In this document: one piece after another, positions 25,961 to 42,849 of the stretch | How the letters are laid out: each line of letters opens with the position of its first letter | How positions within the stretch are numbered: the first letter of the stretch is position 1 | From: the human T2T-CHM13v2.0 reference genome, Homo sapiens | Assembly (NCBI RefSeq): GCF_009914755.1 | Contig: NC_060927.1 | Direction: 5' to 3' (one strand) | DNA length: 64,000 bases | Notes under the pieces: model-generated | Database searches by the model: none | What the model saw: the letters and a program-made list of their open reading frames with translations, nothing else | What the model was told of the DNA's origin: nothing | Translations under genes and position numbers: made by a program

Positions 25961-26649
25961 TTTTTCTTTCTTTTATTATACATTACGTTCTGGGGTACAT
26001 GTGCAGAAAGTGCAGGTTTGTTACTTAGGTGTACACATGCCATGGTGGTTTGCTGCACCCATCAACCTGTCATCTACATTAGGTATTTCTCCTAATGCTA
26101 TCCTTCCCCTAAACCCCCACCCCCTGACAGGCCCCAGTGTGTTCCCCTCCCTGTGTCCATGTGTTCTTATTGTTCAACTCCCACTTATGAGTGAGAACAT
26201 GTGGTGTTTGGTTTTCTGTTCTTGTGTTAGTTTGCTGAGAATGATGGTTTCCAGTTTCATCCATGTCCCTGCTAAGGACATGAATGTATCCTTTTTATGG
26301 CTACATAGTATTCCATGGTGTACATGTGCCACGTTTTCTTTATCCAGTCTATCATTGATAGGCATTTGTGTTGGTTCCAAGTCTTTGCTATTGTGGAGAG
26401 TGCTGCAATAAACATTCGTGTGCGTGTGTCTTTATAGTAGAATGATTTATAATCTTTTGTATGTATACCCTATAATGGGATTGCTGGGTCAAATGGTATA
26501 TTTCTGGTTCTATATCCTTGAGGAATTGCCAGACTGTCTTCCACAATGTTTGAACTAATTTACACTCCCACCAACAATGTAAAAGTGTTCGTCTTTCTCT
26601 ACATCCTCTCCAGCATCTGTTGTTTCCTGACTTTTTAATGATTGCTATT
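25961..26649 (-). mobile_element. 5'-truncated L1PA (L1PA7/8-like)
   Basis: Antisense 3'UTR and ORF2 C-terminus ([18 protein letters not shown]; KLETIILSKLTQEQKTKH); TSD atgtgtcttt / aagtgtcttt. Confidence 0.92.
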
Positions 26650-26679
26650 AAGTGTCTTTCTAGATGTTCATCAGAATTC

Positions 26680-27075
26680 ATTCTTTCTGTCTAACACAGT
26701 ACTAGAATTACAACTGGAAAATTGTTGCTTAGCTGGGGACTGTTTTTTTTCAGATTCTCTGCCATGGTCAGGTGATTGAGCTCTATCAATAGCATGTTAA
26801 TGAAAATAAAATTTGCAATGTCTGTTTCACTTTATTAAAAGTATTTACCTTTAGTTTTCACTCTTTGTCCCTACTCTCTGGAATGGGGATGACTAGAAAG
26901 ACCTTAAAAACCATGTATATAAGATGGTGTAGTTACTGCTGGCTTCTGTGAAATAGAACTACTAATTCATCACAACGATTCATATTTGACTGATTTTGAA
27001 TAAGAAATGATTTCTTTGTTCTTTAAGCCAATGAGTTCTGGGAGTTTCTTTCTTATTACGTAGCCTATTCTACTC
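26680..27075 (+). mobile_element. Degenerate MLT1 (MaLR) LTR
   Basis: 3' motif aagaaatgatttctttgttctttaagccaatgagttctgggag typical of MLT1 LTR ends. Confidence 0.45.
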
Positions 27076-27439
27076 AAAAATCACTTTTCTTAATGGAAAT
27101 CTCTCCTCTGATAGTATGAACTCTCAAATAAAGACTAAAAAATTCCATCACATTCCACTTACTAAGGATATGAGAAATAGAATCTTTGTCCCTTCATTCT
27201 ATTTTTGAGTAATAACTTCTATCTTCTTAAAAGTGTGTATCTTCCTTTGATATTTATGTCATGTGTTTATGTTAGCATCTGCTTTTCCTCATCAGAGAGA
27301 GCTGCTAACCATTCTTTTTTCTTCAGTAATGAAAAACTTTTTCTATGTTTAGGTCTGACATCAACATAGTCATCTTAAAGACTTGATGGATGATGTAACA
27401 CCTTGGTTTCATGAACTTATTTCCATTTTTTAATTAGTG

Positions 27440-27533
27440 AATGTATTTATTTCAATAGTTTTTGGAAAACAGGTGGTTTTTGGTTATATGGATAATATCT
27501 TTAGTGGGGAGGGGTGATTTCTGAGACTTTGGT
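27440..27533 (-). mobile_element. Short L1PB/MA 3'-terminal fragment
   Basis: atttcaatagtttttggaaaacaggtggtttttggttatatggata...gtgatttctgagactttggt. Confidence 0.7.
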
Positions 27534-27584
27534 CCAATTATCTTTTAAACACTAGTTCTGCCTCCACTCTGAAAATTCTTACTA

Positions 27585-27798
27585 GCCTCCCAGGTTCCAG
27601 CGATTCTCGTGCCTCAGCCTCCTGAGTAGCTGGGATTATAGGCATCTGCCACCATGCCCAGCTAATTTTTGTATTTTCAGTAGAGATGGGGCTTCGCAAT
27701 GTTGGCCAGGCTACTCTCAAACTCCCAACCCCAGGTGATCCACCCATCTCGGCTTCCCAAAGTGCTGGGATTACAGGCCTGAGCCACAGCACCTGGCC
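27585..27798 (-). mobile_element. AluS lacking its 3' ~75 nt and A tail
   Basis: Intact 5' end (acctggcc ending at 27798); breaks at gcctcccaggttc. Confidence 0.92.
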
Positions 27799-28439
27799 TA
27801 ACCAACATATCTTGATCTCTGAAATCATTAATTCATAATTCCATTATCTCATTTATTTTCTTCACTTCCTCCATTGTTTGCTTAATCACTGGTGCTACAC
27901 ATGTTCTATCTCATGGAGATCACATTCTATTAGCCACCTCATGCCTTCATGTCCTTTATCATCCCAGTTTAAAACTGAGGGTCCATCATTTCAATCATTC
28001 TCTTGCTTCTTCCCCAATCTCTCTTGCTACTTTGCGACCTCTTAGTTTTCATATAAAAATATTTCCAACTTGCATAGCCGCATTTATTCATGCAGTAGGT
28101 GGATGCTGATTAAAACAAACAACTTAACAAATTATTACCACTTAAGCTCCACCAGTTCCTGAAACATTACCCACTAATTCCACTGCATCTCTCTACTCCC
28201 TCTGCTATTGTGGTAAGAGTAGCAATGGTGGTTAAGATGCTTTGAATAGTTTTTCTCATACCTGCAGTAAAATATCCTGACTAATGACCATTCTCTTACA
28301 TATTAGTAAATTTTCTGTTGCCATAGAGTCTAACATAAAAATACATTGTACATTAGCATACATTATACTTGTTCTATACATTTTCAATGTCTATGTTGCA
28401 TATTGCTGATCCAAATCTCAAACATTTAAAATATAAACT

Positions 28440-28935
28440 GACATAAAAAGACCCCATGTAGAATGTCAATGGAACAGATTTAAAAATCTAGCAGAAAACT
28501 TTGCAAGATATATGCAATATCTGCACGAAATAACATGAATACTAAGGGACACTAAAGAAGAAATATTTAATGCACACAGATGTTTATATGTTGTCAAGAA
28601 AACTCAACATATAAAGATTTCCATTCACCTTAAGTAAGTTTTAAAACTACCTAATATCTACAAATTTAATGTGATTTCATTATATTTTAAGAGAAAGGAG
28701 AATAATTAAACTGACCCAAAATTGTATGTGAAAAAAATAGCAAGAAAATTTCATAAAGAGTATTGATTGGGAATTAGATACCCCCAATGTTATATCATAC
28801 AATAAAGCTACTATAATTTAAAAATTTTAGTAGTAATGTATCATTGCTCATATGTAGTCAAGAGAGAAAAAGTTTACATAAAGACACAAATGCATACAAA
28901 TATTTAGTATTTAAAACAAATGAATTTCACATTAG
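28440..28935 (+). mobile_element. Old L1M ORF2 fragment
   Basis: aatatctacaaatttaatgtgatttca...aaagctactataattaaaa resembles L1 ORF2 C-terminal half. Confidence 0.55.
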
Positions 28936-28940
28936 TGGGG

Positions 28941-29310
28941 TGTATTAGTCTGTTCTCACACTGCTATCAAGAACCTGATATTGGGTAATTTATAGAGAAA
29001 AGAGGTTTAATCAGTTCATGGTTTGGTGGGCTGTACGAGCTTCTGCTTCTGGGAGGCCTCAGGAAACTTAATTATGGCAGAAGGTGAAGAGGAAGCAAGC
29101 ACATCTTCACAAGGCTGGCAGAGGCGGGAGGGGCAGGGCTACACACTTTTACAACAACCAGATTTCATGAGAGCTCACTCACTATCACAAGAACAGCATG
29201 GGGAAAGTCCACTCCCATGATTCAGTCACCTCCTACCAGGCCCCTCCTCCAACACTGGGATCACAATTCAACATGAGATTTCGGTGGGAACACAGAGCCA
29301 AACCATATCA
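28941..29310 (-). mobile_element. MSTA solo LTR
   Basis: tgtattagtctgttctc...agccaaaccatatca with perfect 5-bp TSD tgggg (28936-28940 / 29311-29315). Confidence 0.93.
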
Positions 29311-29964
29311 TGGGGAAAAGACAGTGAATGGGACAACTGACATCAGAAAAGAAAATACTGTATCTTTATATTATAACTGTTGAATCATAGTTCTGGAAAA
29401 TTATTTTACATATATTCTCAAAAAATGCATGAAATTTAAAAGGCTATGAATCCTGCTATTGAAAATAGCCTAAGACTAGAAACAATACACTAAAAGAGAA
29501 TTAGTAAAATAAATTATTGTACAGTTATTTAACAGAATACTACAGAAGCATTAACAAAATGAGAGGATTCCTAATGTATTGACTGAGAATTTTCCCAAGA
29601 AATATTGTTAAGTAAATTAAGTGATTCAGAGAATGATGTACATTGTATACTATCATCTGGGTAAAACTATTGCAAATTTTTCCGGGAGGGGTGGAATTAA
29701 ATGACTTGGATATCAGCCCCAATAAAGTGTCTAATATATACATTCAATATATTCTTATTGAATGAGTCAATAAACACAATACCAAAGTAAGACTGTCAAA
29801 AGGCAATGTAGAAAACATAGGATTGATTAAATAAATGAGAAATACAGGCAGTGAGTTTAATAATTTATAGAAAACAAAAATAATTTCGTATAGGAGTCAT
29901 TTAGAAAGCCTTCATGGAAAAAGTAAATTTTTAAAAGATTACAGTTTTCTGTAAAACTTTGCAT

Positions 29965-32900
29965 ACCCTTCCATGTCTGATTGCTTTGGCTAGGACTTCC
30001 AGTACTATGTTGAATAACAGTGATGACAGTGGACCTTCTTGTCATGTTCTACATTTTAGAAAAAATGCTTTCAGTATTTCCCCATCCAGTAGATCCACAG
30101 ATCTAGCTGTGGATCTGTCACATAGGGCTTTTATTATGTTGACATACATTCCTTCTATTCCCAGTTTGTTGAGGGCTTTTTATCATGAAGTGATGTTGAA
30201 TTTTATCAAATACTTCTTCAGCATCTATTGAAATAATCATATGGTTGTTGCTTTCTTTTAATATGATGTATCACATTGATTGATAAGCATATATCGAACC
30301 ATTGTTGCATCCATGGGATATATCCCAGTTGGTCATGATGAATGATTTTTTAATGTGTTGCTGAATTCAGTTTTTAAGTATTTTGTTGAAGATTTTGCAT
30401 CAGATTTCATCAGGAATATCGATTTGTAGGGGTTTTTTTTGGTTTTTATTGGGGTTTTTTTTGTTGTTTTTGATGTGTCCAGTATTCCCTTCTCTTCTAT
30501 TTTTTGTAATAGTTTAAGTAAGATTGGTATTAGGTCTTCTTTACACGTTTGGTAAAATTCAGGGTTCAATCTCGACAGGTTGTATGTATCTAGGAATTTA
30601 TCCATTACTCTAGGTTTTCCAATTTATTGCCATGTAGTTGCTCATAGTAGTCTCTAATGATGCTTTGAATTTCTGTGGTATCAGTTATGATACCTCCTCC
30701 TTCATCTCTGATTTTACATATGTTAATCTTCTCTCTTTTTTTCTTAGTCTGGTTAAAGTTTTTTCTATTTTGTTTACACTTTCATAAAAGCAACATTCTG
30801 TTTTGTTGATATTTGTGTTGCTTTTCTTTCACTTTCATTTATTATTATCATTATTATGTCTGCTCTAATTTTCTTTTCTTCAAATAATTTTGTGTTTGGT
30901 TTGCTCTTGCTTTTCTAGTTTTCTAAGATGCATCTTCAGATTGTGTATTTGAAATTTTTCTACTTTTTTATGTAGTTACTTATTGTTATAACCTTTCCTC
31001 ATTGCGTTATTTCCACTGTATCTCAAAGGTTTGAGTACATTGTGTATCCATTTTTATTTGCTTCAAAAAATTTTTAAATATTCTTCTTAATTTCTTTATT
31101 TACCCACTAATCACTTGGAGGCATATTGGTTTATATTCCCTGTGTTCGTTGTTTGTACATTTTCCAGAGTTTCTATTGATTTCTGATAACATTCCATTGC
31201 AGTCACAGAAGATGTTTGATACAATTTTATTTTTTTGATTTTTAAAGACATTTTGTGGCTTTGAGAATGATCCATGTGTTGAGGAGAAGAAGGTGTATTC
31301 TGCAGCTCTTGGATCAAATGTTGTGCAACTATCTATTAGGTATACTTGGCCTACAGTGCAGATTAAGTCAAAAGTTTCTTTGTTATATCTTCTTGCTGAA
31401 ATGACCCCCTTATCATTTTATAATGCCCTTCTTTGTCTCTTTTTGTAGTTTTGTCTTGAAATTTCTTTTGTCAGATACAAGTATAGCTATTCCTTCTCTT
31501 TTTTTGGTTTTCATTTGTATGAAATATCTTTTACCATCTCTTTATTTTCAGTAAAATATTTGTGTCTTTATAGGTGATGTGTGTTTCTTAACGTATCATT
31601 GGGTCTTGTTTCTTTATTCATTCAGCCACCCTGTGTATTTTGATTGAGAGTTTAGTCCATTGCTATTATTGTTCAATGTTATTATTGATAAATAATGACT
31701 TACTACTGCCATTTTATTATTTGTTTTCAGGTTGTTTTGTCATCCTCCCTTCCTTCCTGCCTTCCTTTTTGTAAAGCTGATTTTCCCTAGTGGTATGTTT
31801 TAATTTATTGCTTTTTATTTTTTGTATATCTGTTGTAAATTTTTTCTTTGAAGTTACAAGGCTTGCAAATAACATCTAACTTAGTATTTTAAACTAATAA
31901 CAACTTAACACTGATTGCAAAAAAAAAAACAAGCAAAAAGAAAATCAATAATAAATCTACAATTTAACTTCATCTTTCCACTTTTTAACTTTTTTGTTTC
32001 TATTTATATCTTATACTGTGTCTTGAAACATTGCTATAGTTATTTTTGATAGGTTCATCTTTTAGTCTTTCCACTCAAGATATGAGTAGTTTACACATCA
32101 TAAGTACAGTATTATAATATTCTGTGTTTGGCTGTGTACTTGCTACTACTAGGGAGTCTTGTTCCATTCAGATGATTTCTTGTTGCACATTAGCATCCTT
32201 TTCTTTCAGATTGAACAACTCCCTTTAGCACTTCTTGTAGAACAGGTCTGGGATGAAGGAAATCCTTCAGCTTTTGTTTGTCCAAAAAAGTCTTCATTTC
32301 TCCTTCATGATTGAAGGATATTTTTGCTGGATATCCTATTCTAGAATAAAAGCATTTTTTGTTTGTTTTGTTTGTTTGTTTGTTTTTCCTTCAGCATTTT
32401 AAATATGTCACGCCACTCTCTCCTGGCTGGTAAGGTTTCCATTGAGAAGTTTGCTGCCTGATAATTATTTGAGTTCCTTTGTATTTTGTTTCTTTTCTCT
32501 TGCTGCTTTTAGGATCCTTTCTTTATCCATGACCTCTTGGAGTCTGATTACCAAATTTCTTGAGGTAGTCTTATTTGGGTTAAATTTCTTTGGTGTTCTA
32601 TAACCCTCTTGTACTGAATATTAACATCTTTCTCTAGATTTGGAAAGTTCTCTTTTTTTATCCCTTTGAGTTAAGTTTCTACCCCAATGTCTCTCTCTGA
32701 TTCCTCTTTAAGATCAATAACTCCTAGATTTGTCCTTTTGAGTCTATTTCCCAGATCTTTGAAGAGTGCCTCATTCTTTTTTACTCTTTTTTTTTTGGTC
32801 TCCTCTGACTATGTATTTTCAAATAACCCGTTTTCAAGCTCACTTATTCTTTATACTGCTTGATGAATTCTGATGTTGGGAGATACACATTCTTCAATAT

Positions 32901-34950
32901 GCTGATCAAATTTTTCAACTCCAGAATTACTGCTTGATTTTTAGAAATTATTTCAATCTCTTTGTTAGGTTTATCTGATAGGATTCTGAATTCCTTCTCC
33001 ATGTTATCTTGAATTTCTTTGAGCTTCCTCAAAACAGCTATTTTGAATTGTCTGTTTGAAAGATCTCATACCTCTGTCATTCCAGGATTGGTCACTGGTG
33101 CGTTATTTACTTTGTTTGGTGAGGTCATGTTTTCTTGGAAGGTCTTGATGCTTGTTGATGTTTATCGATGTCTTAGCATTGAAGAGTTAGGTAACTTTCC
33201 AGTCTTCATAGTCTGGACTTCTTTGTACCCATCCTTCTTAGGAATGTTTTCCATGTATTCAGAGGATATTGAGTGTTATGATCTAAGTCTTTGGTCACTT
33301 CAGCTGTATCTGCCTTAGGAGTAGCCCAAGTCCAGCAATTCTGTGACTCTCACTGACTCAGAGATACTGCTTTGCTGGTCTTGGGTAAGATCTGGGAGAA
33401 TTCCCTGGATTACCAGGCAGACTCTGATTCTCTTTCCTTACTTTCCTCCAAACAAACAGAGTCTCTATCTTCATGGTGAGCTACCTGGAGCTGGGGTTGG
33501 AGTGATACAAGTGCCCCCTTGGCCACCACCACTGGTACTGCTCTGGGTCAAACCTGAAGGAACAACAGCACTAGGTCTCACCCTAAGCCTGTGGTGCCTG
33601 GCTACCATCAATGTTCTCTCAAGGCCCAAGGACTCTTCATTCAGCAGGTGGTGAATCCAGCCAGGCATGTATCCTTCTTTGCAAGCTACTTGCAGCTATG
33701 GGCAGGTCCAGAAATGCCATCTAGGGGTCAGGGCCTGGAGTCAGGAACCTTAGGAATCTACTTGGTGCTCTATTCTATGGCAGCAGATTGGGCACCCAAG
33801 CCACAAGTCAAAGAGCTTCCCATTCTTCCTTCTCCTTTCCTCAAGCCGAAGCAGTCTCTCCCTGTGACCTGCACTACCCCAGGCCTATGACCAATACTGC
33901 CTGGGTTCCACTGATGTTTACTCAAGGCCCAGGGACTGTTCAATCAGCTTGTGGTAAGTGTTGCCAGGACTGCCTAGGTCTCTTCCTTCAGGACAATAGG
34001 TTCCCCGCTGGCCCAGTGCAGGTCCAGAAATGACATAGAAAAGCCAAGGCCTGGAATCAGGAACCCCAGGAGGCCATTTGGTGCTATATTCCATTGTGGC
34101 TTGGCTGGTACCTAAGTTTCAAGATGAAGTTTCCTTTACTCTTCCCTCTCTTTTTGTCAAGCAGAAGGAATCTCTTCCTGAGCCACCACAGCTAGGAAAG
34201 TGCTGGGTCACACATGAAGCCAGCACAGCAAGCCTTGTGGCAAGGATTTTCTGGCTACCACTGATGTTTATTCAGCTGTGGGCTCTTTAGTTAGCAGGTG
34301 ATGAATACTGCCAGAACTTTCCTTTCCTTCAAGTCAGTGGGTTCCCTTCTGGCCCAGCATGTGTCTAGAAATGTGATCATTTCTGGGCAAGCAGGACTTG
34401 CCCAGAAATTGCAGTCCGTGTGGCCTAGACTGCCCTTTAATTTTATTTAGGATCCCAGAGCACTTTACTCTGTGATTTACTAGCTCTGGGCTAGCCAGAA
34501 CTCTGGCTCTGACTACTGGGATAGATGATTCCCCTCTGAGTAGGCCTGGTCTAAATGCTTTCTCTATGGTCTAAATGCTTTCTCCATTCAGCAGTCCCTG
34601 GCTGAATTCTGCCCCATGTTGCTTTCCACTGTGACAGGGCAGCACTGAGCTCCAATGCAATGTCCCACAATTACTTTTCTCTCCCTTCCCCAAGCACACA
34701 GATTCTTTTTCCTTGTCATGAGGCCACTGCCAGGGAATGCAGCAGGAGTAGTTTAGGCAATACAAGACTGTCTTTCCTACTCTCTTTAGTGCCTCTTTCT
34801 TTAACATGATGTTAAAACCAGACACTCATCTAATCACTCACCTAATTTTTGGTTCTTATGAAGGTGTTTTCTTGTGTGGATAGTGTTCAAATTTGGTGTT
34901 CCTGCAGGGGGAACAATCACTGAGGGTTCTATTTGGCTATCTTGCTCTAC
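29965..34950 (-). mobile_element. L1MA-age L1: 5'UTR, ORF1, inter-ORF spacer, partial ORF2; 3' end missing
   Basis: Remnants MDKFLDTYNLSRLN / EFYQTCKEDLIPILLKL (30333-30605) and RKLKEIQDNMEKEFRILSDK (32844-33032); 5' terminus gtagagcaagatagccaaatag near 34950. Confidence 0.88.
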
Positions 34951-37889
34951 TCTGCTGTATTAGACACCTTCAGTACAACAATAAGGTCATTGCAAAGTCA
35001 CTGGTCCTTGAAGCATTTACTGAAAGTTTGACTTGTTACCATAAAACAGTAACTACTCTTTACCACTAATCACTAGTATTCAAGACTAAAAAGCGTCTTC
35101 CTTAAGCAGCAACTACAGGCATGTCGTCCCTAGAATACTGTGCCTAAGACCGCTGTCTCACATATCATATGGGACAGTAATTGTAAAGAATGTGGTTGTT
35201 TTTCCATACCTCAATGCAGTTTTCATAAAGACATTAACACATTTTAAAATAATGGTGTCATGAGATATTCATAATGTACATGTTTCCTATAAGGTCATGT
35301 ATATGATCTTGAAGTAATTAAATTATTCTAATTTCATCTCTCTCATTTTTCTTTTAATCTTCCTTCTTTCTTTCTCTTTCCTTATTTAATTCTTCTTCCC
35401 TTTCATTTCTTTCTTATTCATTTTCTCCCTTCCATCTTTTCCTGCCTTTCTCTTTCCTTTGTTCTCCAAGTCAGAAATATTATTCTTCCCCATTTAATCA
35501 ACCCAGAGGCTCAGTGATATTAAATAATTTTCTTCTTATGCCATATCATACTGAAAAGAAGGAGAAAAGCGTTTTAAAATTTAATTTTCTATATGGCTAT
35601 CTAATTTTGTATATGGCTATCTCAAATCCACTACTTGTTCAGAAAGATCCCTTTGAAATATCTAAGTAAGAAAAAAATGTCCATTTTTCTTGGGCTATAC
35701 ATCAAACTGCAGCTATCTTTCTATAGCCCCATTGTTCTCTCTCAAATGAAGTCTGTAATAACCTGATGATTATATTAATATTTTGAAACAGCATAATACA
35801 GTCAAATGGACAGTATAGTCCTTGCCAGCATATAGTAGTATGGCATTGACCCCGTTTCATTTTCTGTTGCTTGACAGCTTTGTGCTCTTACATGGCTATT
35901 TATGATAATCATGTGGAAAATTATTGCAATGATGCATGTTTAGTTGAGGAACTACCAAAATTCCTGTGTAATTTAATCCAGTTTGGAGGAAACCTAAACC
36001 CATTCTAAAAATCAACAAGCAGTAAATACTTAAATAGGAAGCATATATGTCTCCTCTGGAAATATGTTTCGAATAAGCATTATGAATACAAAACAATTCT
36101 AAAAGTTTTGGATTCCAACACAATTACTGTTAATAACTGTTTATTTTAAATATGTTAATAAACAATAGTTTTTCCTAATATGAAAAAAGAGTAAATTATT
36201 TATTTTTAATTCTTTACTATTATAGCAAAGTGTTCAATGTAGTAAAACCTGTTGGATTTTTCTACAATAAATATGGGTACTTTGTCACCTAAAAAAATCA
36301 TTGGTTATTGCTGTTCTTTGAATTTTAATATTCCTGAAGGTTAAATGAAGGCTTTTTGTCTGATATGACAGATTTTTCCCACAGCAGGGCAAAATTTTGA
36401 GAAATCTGGATGCATGATTAGACACCATAATCTTTCCCACACATCAGGTACAAATAGTTAAATTATCTTCATGAATATGAGATTATGCATGCAAAATAAA
36501 CAAATTTAAATGTGTATACAATTACCTGTAATCTGGAAATGAAGTACATATTGCTCATGAACTGTAATTATTTGCTGTCACACATAGAGATTTTTGTGTG
36601 GTTACTGATGTCTCCTATTAGAAGCAGTCCGTGAATTGCCATTACTAAAACTCACCAGTTTTTATGGTAAAATGGCAAAAGATCTTTTTCTGTTCTTAAG
36701 AAATTCAAAGTTTTTAAATCTATTTTCTCTCACCACAACCTGCAGAGACTTGATTTTATGGGCAATTAAGATAAATTTTACTCAATTATAGAAATTGTAC
36801 TAACTTAGAAAGCATAATATATTTTTCATAATTTTCTGTCATTCTTTACCTCTTCAATAATAAAGGCTTACAACCAACTACTAATGGGTTTCTTTTAATG
36901 CTAATATTTCAATTTTTTGGCTATTCTGAGAGAAGTTTCTCTAGTGATAATATCATTTAAAATGTAATTTTTGCACTCAAATATTTATTTTATTTTCTTG
37001 AACACTATCAAGTGTTCATGAGAAGCTCACAGAATCTTTTGTTTCATGGGCCATAAATAAACCCCAATCCACCACTTCAGCACATTTCTAATTGTAATGC
37101 ACCGTGTAATGTTATAGGCCATTATACAGATGTTTTCAGTTATTGTAAGGTGGCAGACAGTGACATTGAAATGTCTGCTTGCTTTAAAGAGATTGTATGA
37201 ACTCAATCTTGACTCTTAACATAATAGTTTTTTTAAACTATCAAAACCCAAATGAATTCAAGCGTGTTTGCCCTTCGAGTTAGCTGATATATTTGAATTT
37301 TTCAGCATAACAACTTGGTGAAAGGTATGACCTTGCTTGTCTTAATTAGATACAAATAAAAAGATAAGGATATTTCTCTGATTCGTACTTCACTGTATAT
37401 CTTTTCCGAAGAGGTTCAACAATTGATATCAAGCACACTGTTCATATAGACAGTTCCTAAGTTACAGTCTTTGGGCTTATGATTATAAACAATGCTACTC
37501 TCTTTTTCAACGTAATAAAACTACAATCTGAATTTGTTAGTTTTTTTTTTTTTTTTCAGTTTATGGTTGTAGTTCTCTTTATGTGGAATGGATGAACCCT
37601 AAGTACGGATGAAGGTATATTCATTTAAACAACATGGTGCACAATTTTGTTTCAAGACTAACATTTCCCTTGGAAAGGGAAGTTTATTAGATCTGAATTT
37701 CTTGCCTACAGATCCAAATGTTGGATGTGAATAATCTACTTTTTGTAGGATAGAGAAAGAATCAGACTCACTTTAAAGCCAAAATATACTAGCTATTAAC
37801 TTTTAGCCAAAATTAAAATGTTCCCCAAAAAAGAATATAGACAACACTAAGAAGTCTAAGGAGGATCTACGTTGAATGTTTTCATCTAT

Positions 37890-38130
37890 AACAATAATAA
37901 TATTGATGAAATTCTTATGATATTAGTAAGTATCAGGAATTATGCTGAATACTTTGTAGATACCACTTCACTGAATCCTCAAAACAACATGAAGAAGTAG
38001 CAACTAACATTTATTCAACATTTAACTAGGTATTTTATTATTGCACTTAATCTTCAAAATACATTCAAGATAGTACTATTATTCTTTATCTACCAATGAG
38101 AAAAACTGAATAGTTGTATAATTTATCAAA
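37890..38130 (-). mobile_element. MIR fragments
   Basis: cactgaatcctcaaaacaacatgaagaagtag; ttaatcttcaaaat...tagtactattatt...aatgagaaaaactga. Confidence 0.55.
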
Positions 38131-38137
38131 GATCTTT

Positions 38138-38721
38138 GCAGTGGTTTTCTATTGCCACATAACAAATTACTACAAACTTAGTCATTTATAACAGTGCCCA
38201 TTTGTTAGTTCTCAGTTCTATTGATCACAGTTCTAAACACAACATGGCTGGGTTCTCTGTTCAGTGTCTCGCAAGACTAAAATTGAGGTGTCATTTAGAC
38301 TGAGTACTTGCCTCGAAGTTCCGCGGTAGAATCTGCTTCCACACTTACCAGGTTCTTGGCAAAATTCAGTTCCCTATGACAGTAGAATCCCATTGATTTG
38401 CTGGATGTCAGCTGAGGCTGCTCTCAGTTCCTAGAGGGTACTCACATTCTTTGGCCATTTGGCCCCCTGCATCTTTAAAGTGAATAATGAAGAATCTTCT
38501 GTCAAATTCCTCTCATAATTCAAACCTCTTTCACAGGAAGACTCTTGTCCCTTTTAAGACTCACTTAATTAGAAGGATATTCTTTTCTTAAGGTCAACAG
38601 TGTCATATAACAACCTAATCACAAGAATACTATCCCATCACATTCACAGTCTTGGGGACTATACAGACTGTGTACAAAAATGGGCAATAATCTTGAAAGA
38701 CATCTTAGAATTTGCCTATCA
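38138..38721 (-). mobile_element. MLT1 (MLT1E-like) LTR
   Basis: ttttctattgccacataacaaattactacaaacttag...gaatctgcttcc...catcttagaatttgcctatca. Confidence 0.75.
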
Positions 38722-38819
38722 AGGTCTTAAAGTAAATGGAAAGCAGGCATTTTTTTTTTTTTTAAATCTCTATGGTCAAAGCTCTAGGCTTAGCCATTTA
38801 TCAGTTCTAGTGGGGTTAG

Positions 38820-39176
<357 letters not shown>

Positions 39177-39349
39177 AAGCTCTGCTTTTAATTCAACTTT
39201 TACACGTTGAGTTTATTTATAAAATTTCATTTCATTTGAAGAAAAGTTCAGCAGTTAATAATTTTGAAAAAAACTGTTGCTCGATATACTATTTTTAATA
39301 CTAATATTACATGATTTTTAGTAATGGAACTGTATGTATGCACAAAAGT

Positions 39350-39779
39350 ATAGATTAATTTTTGAGGAATAATTTACATGTAATGCAAAACTGTAAGTTT
39401 TGACAAAAGCATAACACCCAAAACCTATAAGGTAGAAAGCATTTTCAATGCTCCAAAAATTCCCTCTAACCCTTTTAAGTCAATTGTTTCTCCCCTACGC
39501 AGAGGCAACCTGTGTTATTTATACCACTGTATTTTAGTTTTTTCTATCCTAAAACTTCCTATAGATAAAATCACACAGTGTATATTTTATTGTGTCTTGC
39601 TTCTTCTCGCTTCTTAATGTCTTTAAGATTTAGTCATGTTGTTGCATACGTCAGTAGTTCATTCATTTTTAATATTTAGTAAAATTCCGTTATATGATAT
39701 GCCACAGTATGTTTGTCCATTCTCAAGTTGATGGATATTTAGGTTGTATTATCAGTTTTTGGCTCTTATAAATGAAGGG
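39350..39779 (-). mobile_element. L1ME 3' fragment hosting the MSTA provirus (resumes ~42524-42610)
   Basis: agaggcaacc...gttgttgcatacgtcagtagttcattcattttt...gttgatggatatttagg; continues after the 3' LTR with atatttgtgcacaagtg. Confidence 0.7.
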
Positions 39780-42523
<2,744 letters not shown>

Positions 42524-42644
42524 AAGTGGCTACGCATATTTGTGCACAAGTGTTTTTTTGTGGCCCTATGTTTCATTCCTCTTGGGTAAGTACCTCTGAG
42601 TGGAAATTCATCTTCTTAGCAATTTTGGGGAATTTGTCTTGGCA

Positions 42645-42832
42645 ATTTTATTTTGGTTTTCTTATATGGGTACATTGTGTGGTGCTGAAGTTTGGACTTC
42701 TAATGCTCCTGTCACCCAAGTAGTGAACAAAATGCCCAATAGATGGCTTTTCAACTGTTGCTCCTGTTCCTTTTGGCCCACTTTAGAAATCTCTAGTGTT
42801 TATTGTTTTCATCTTTGTGTCTGTGTGTACCT
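42645..42832 (-). mobile_element. L1PA16/PB-like 3'-terminal fragment
   Basis: gggtacattgtgtggtgctgaagtttgg...cctgtcacccaagtagtgaaca...cccaatag. Confidence 0.7.
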
Positions 42833-42849
42833 ATCTGGAAGTAATATTT

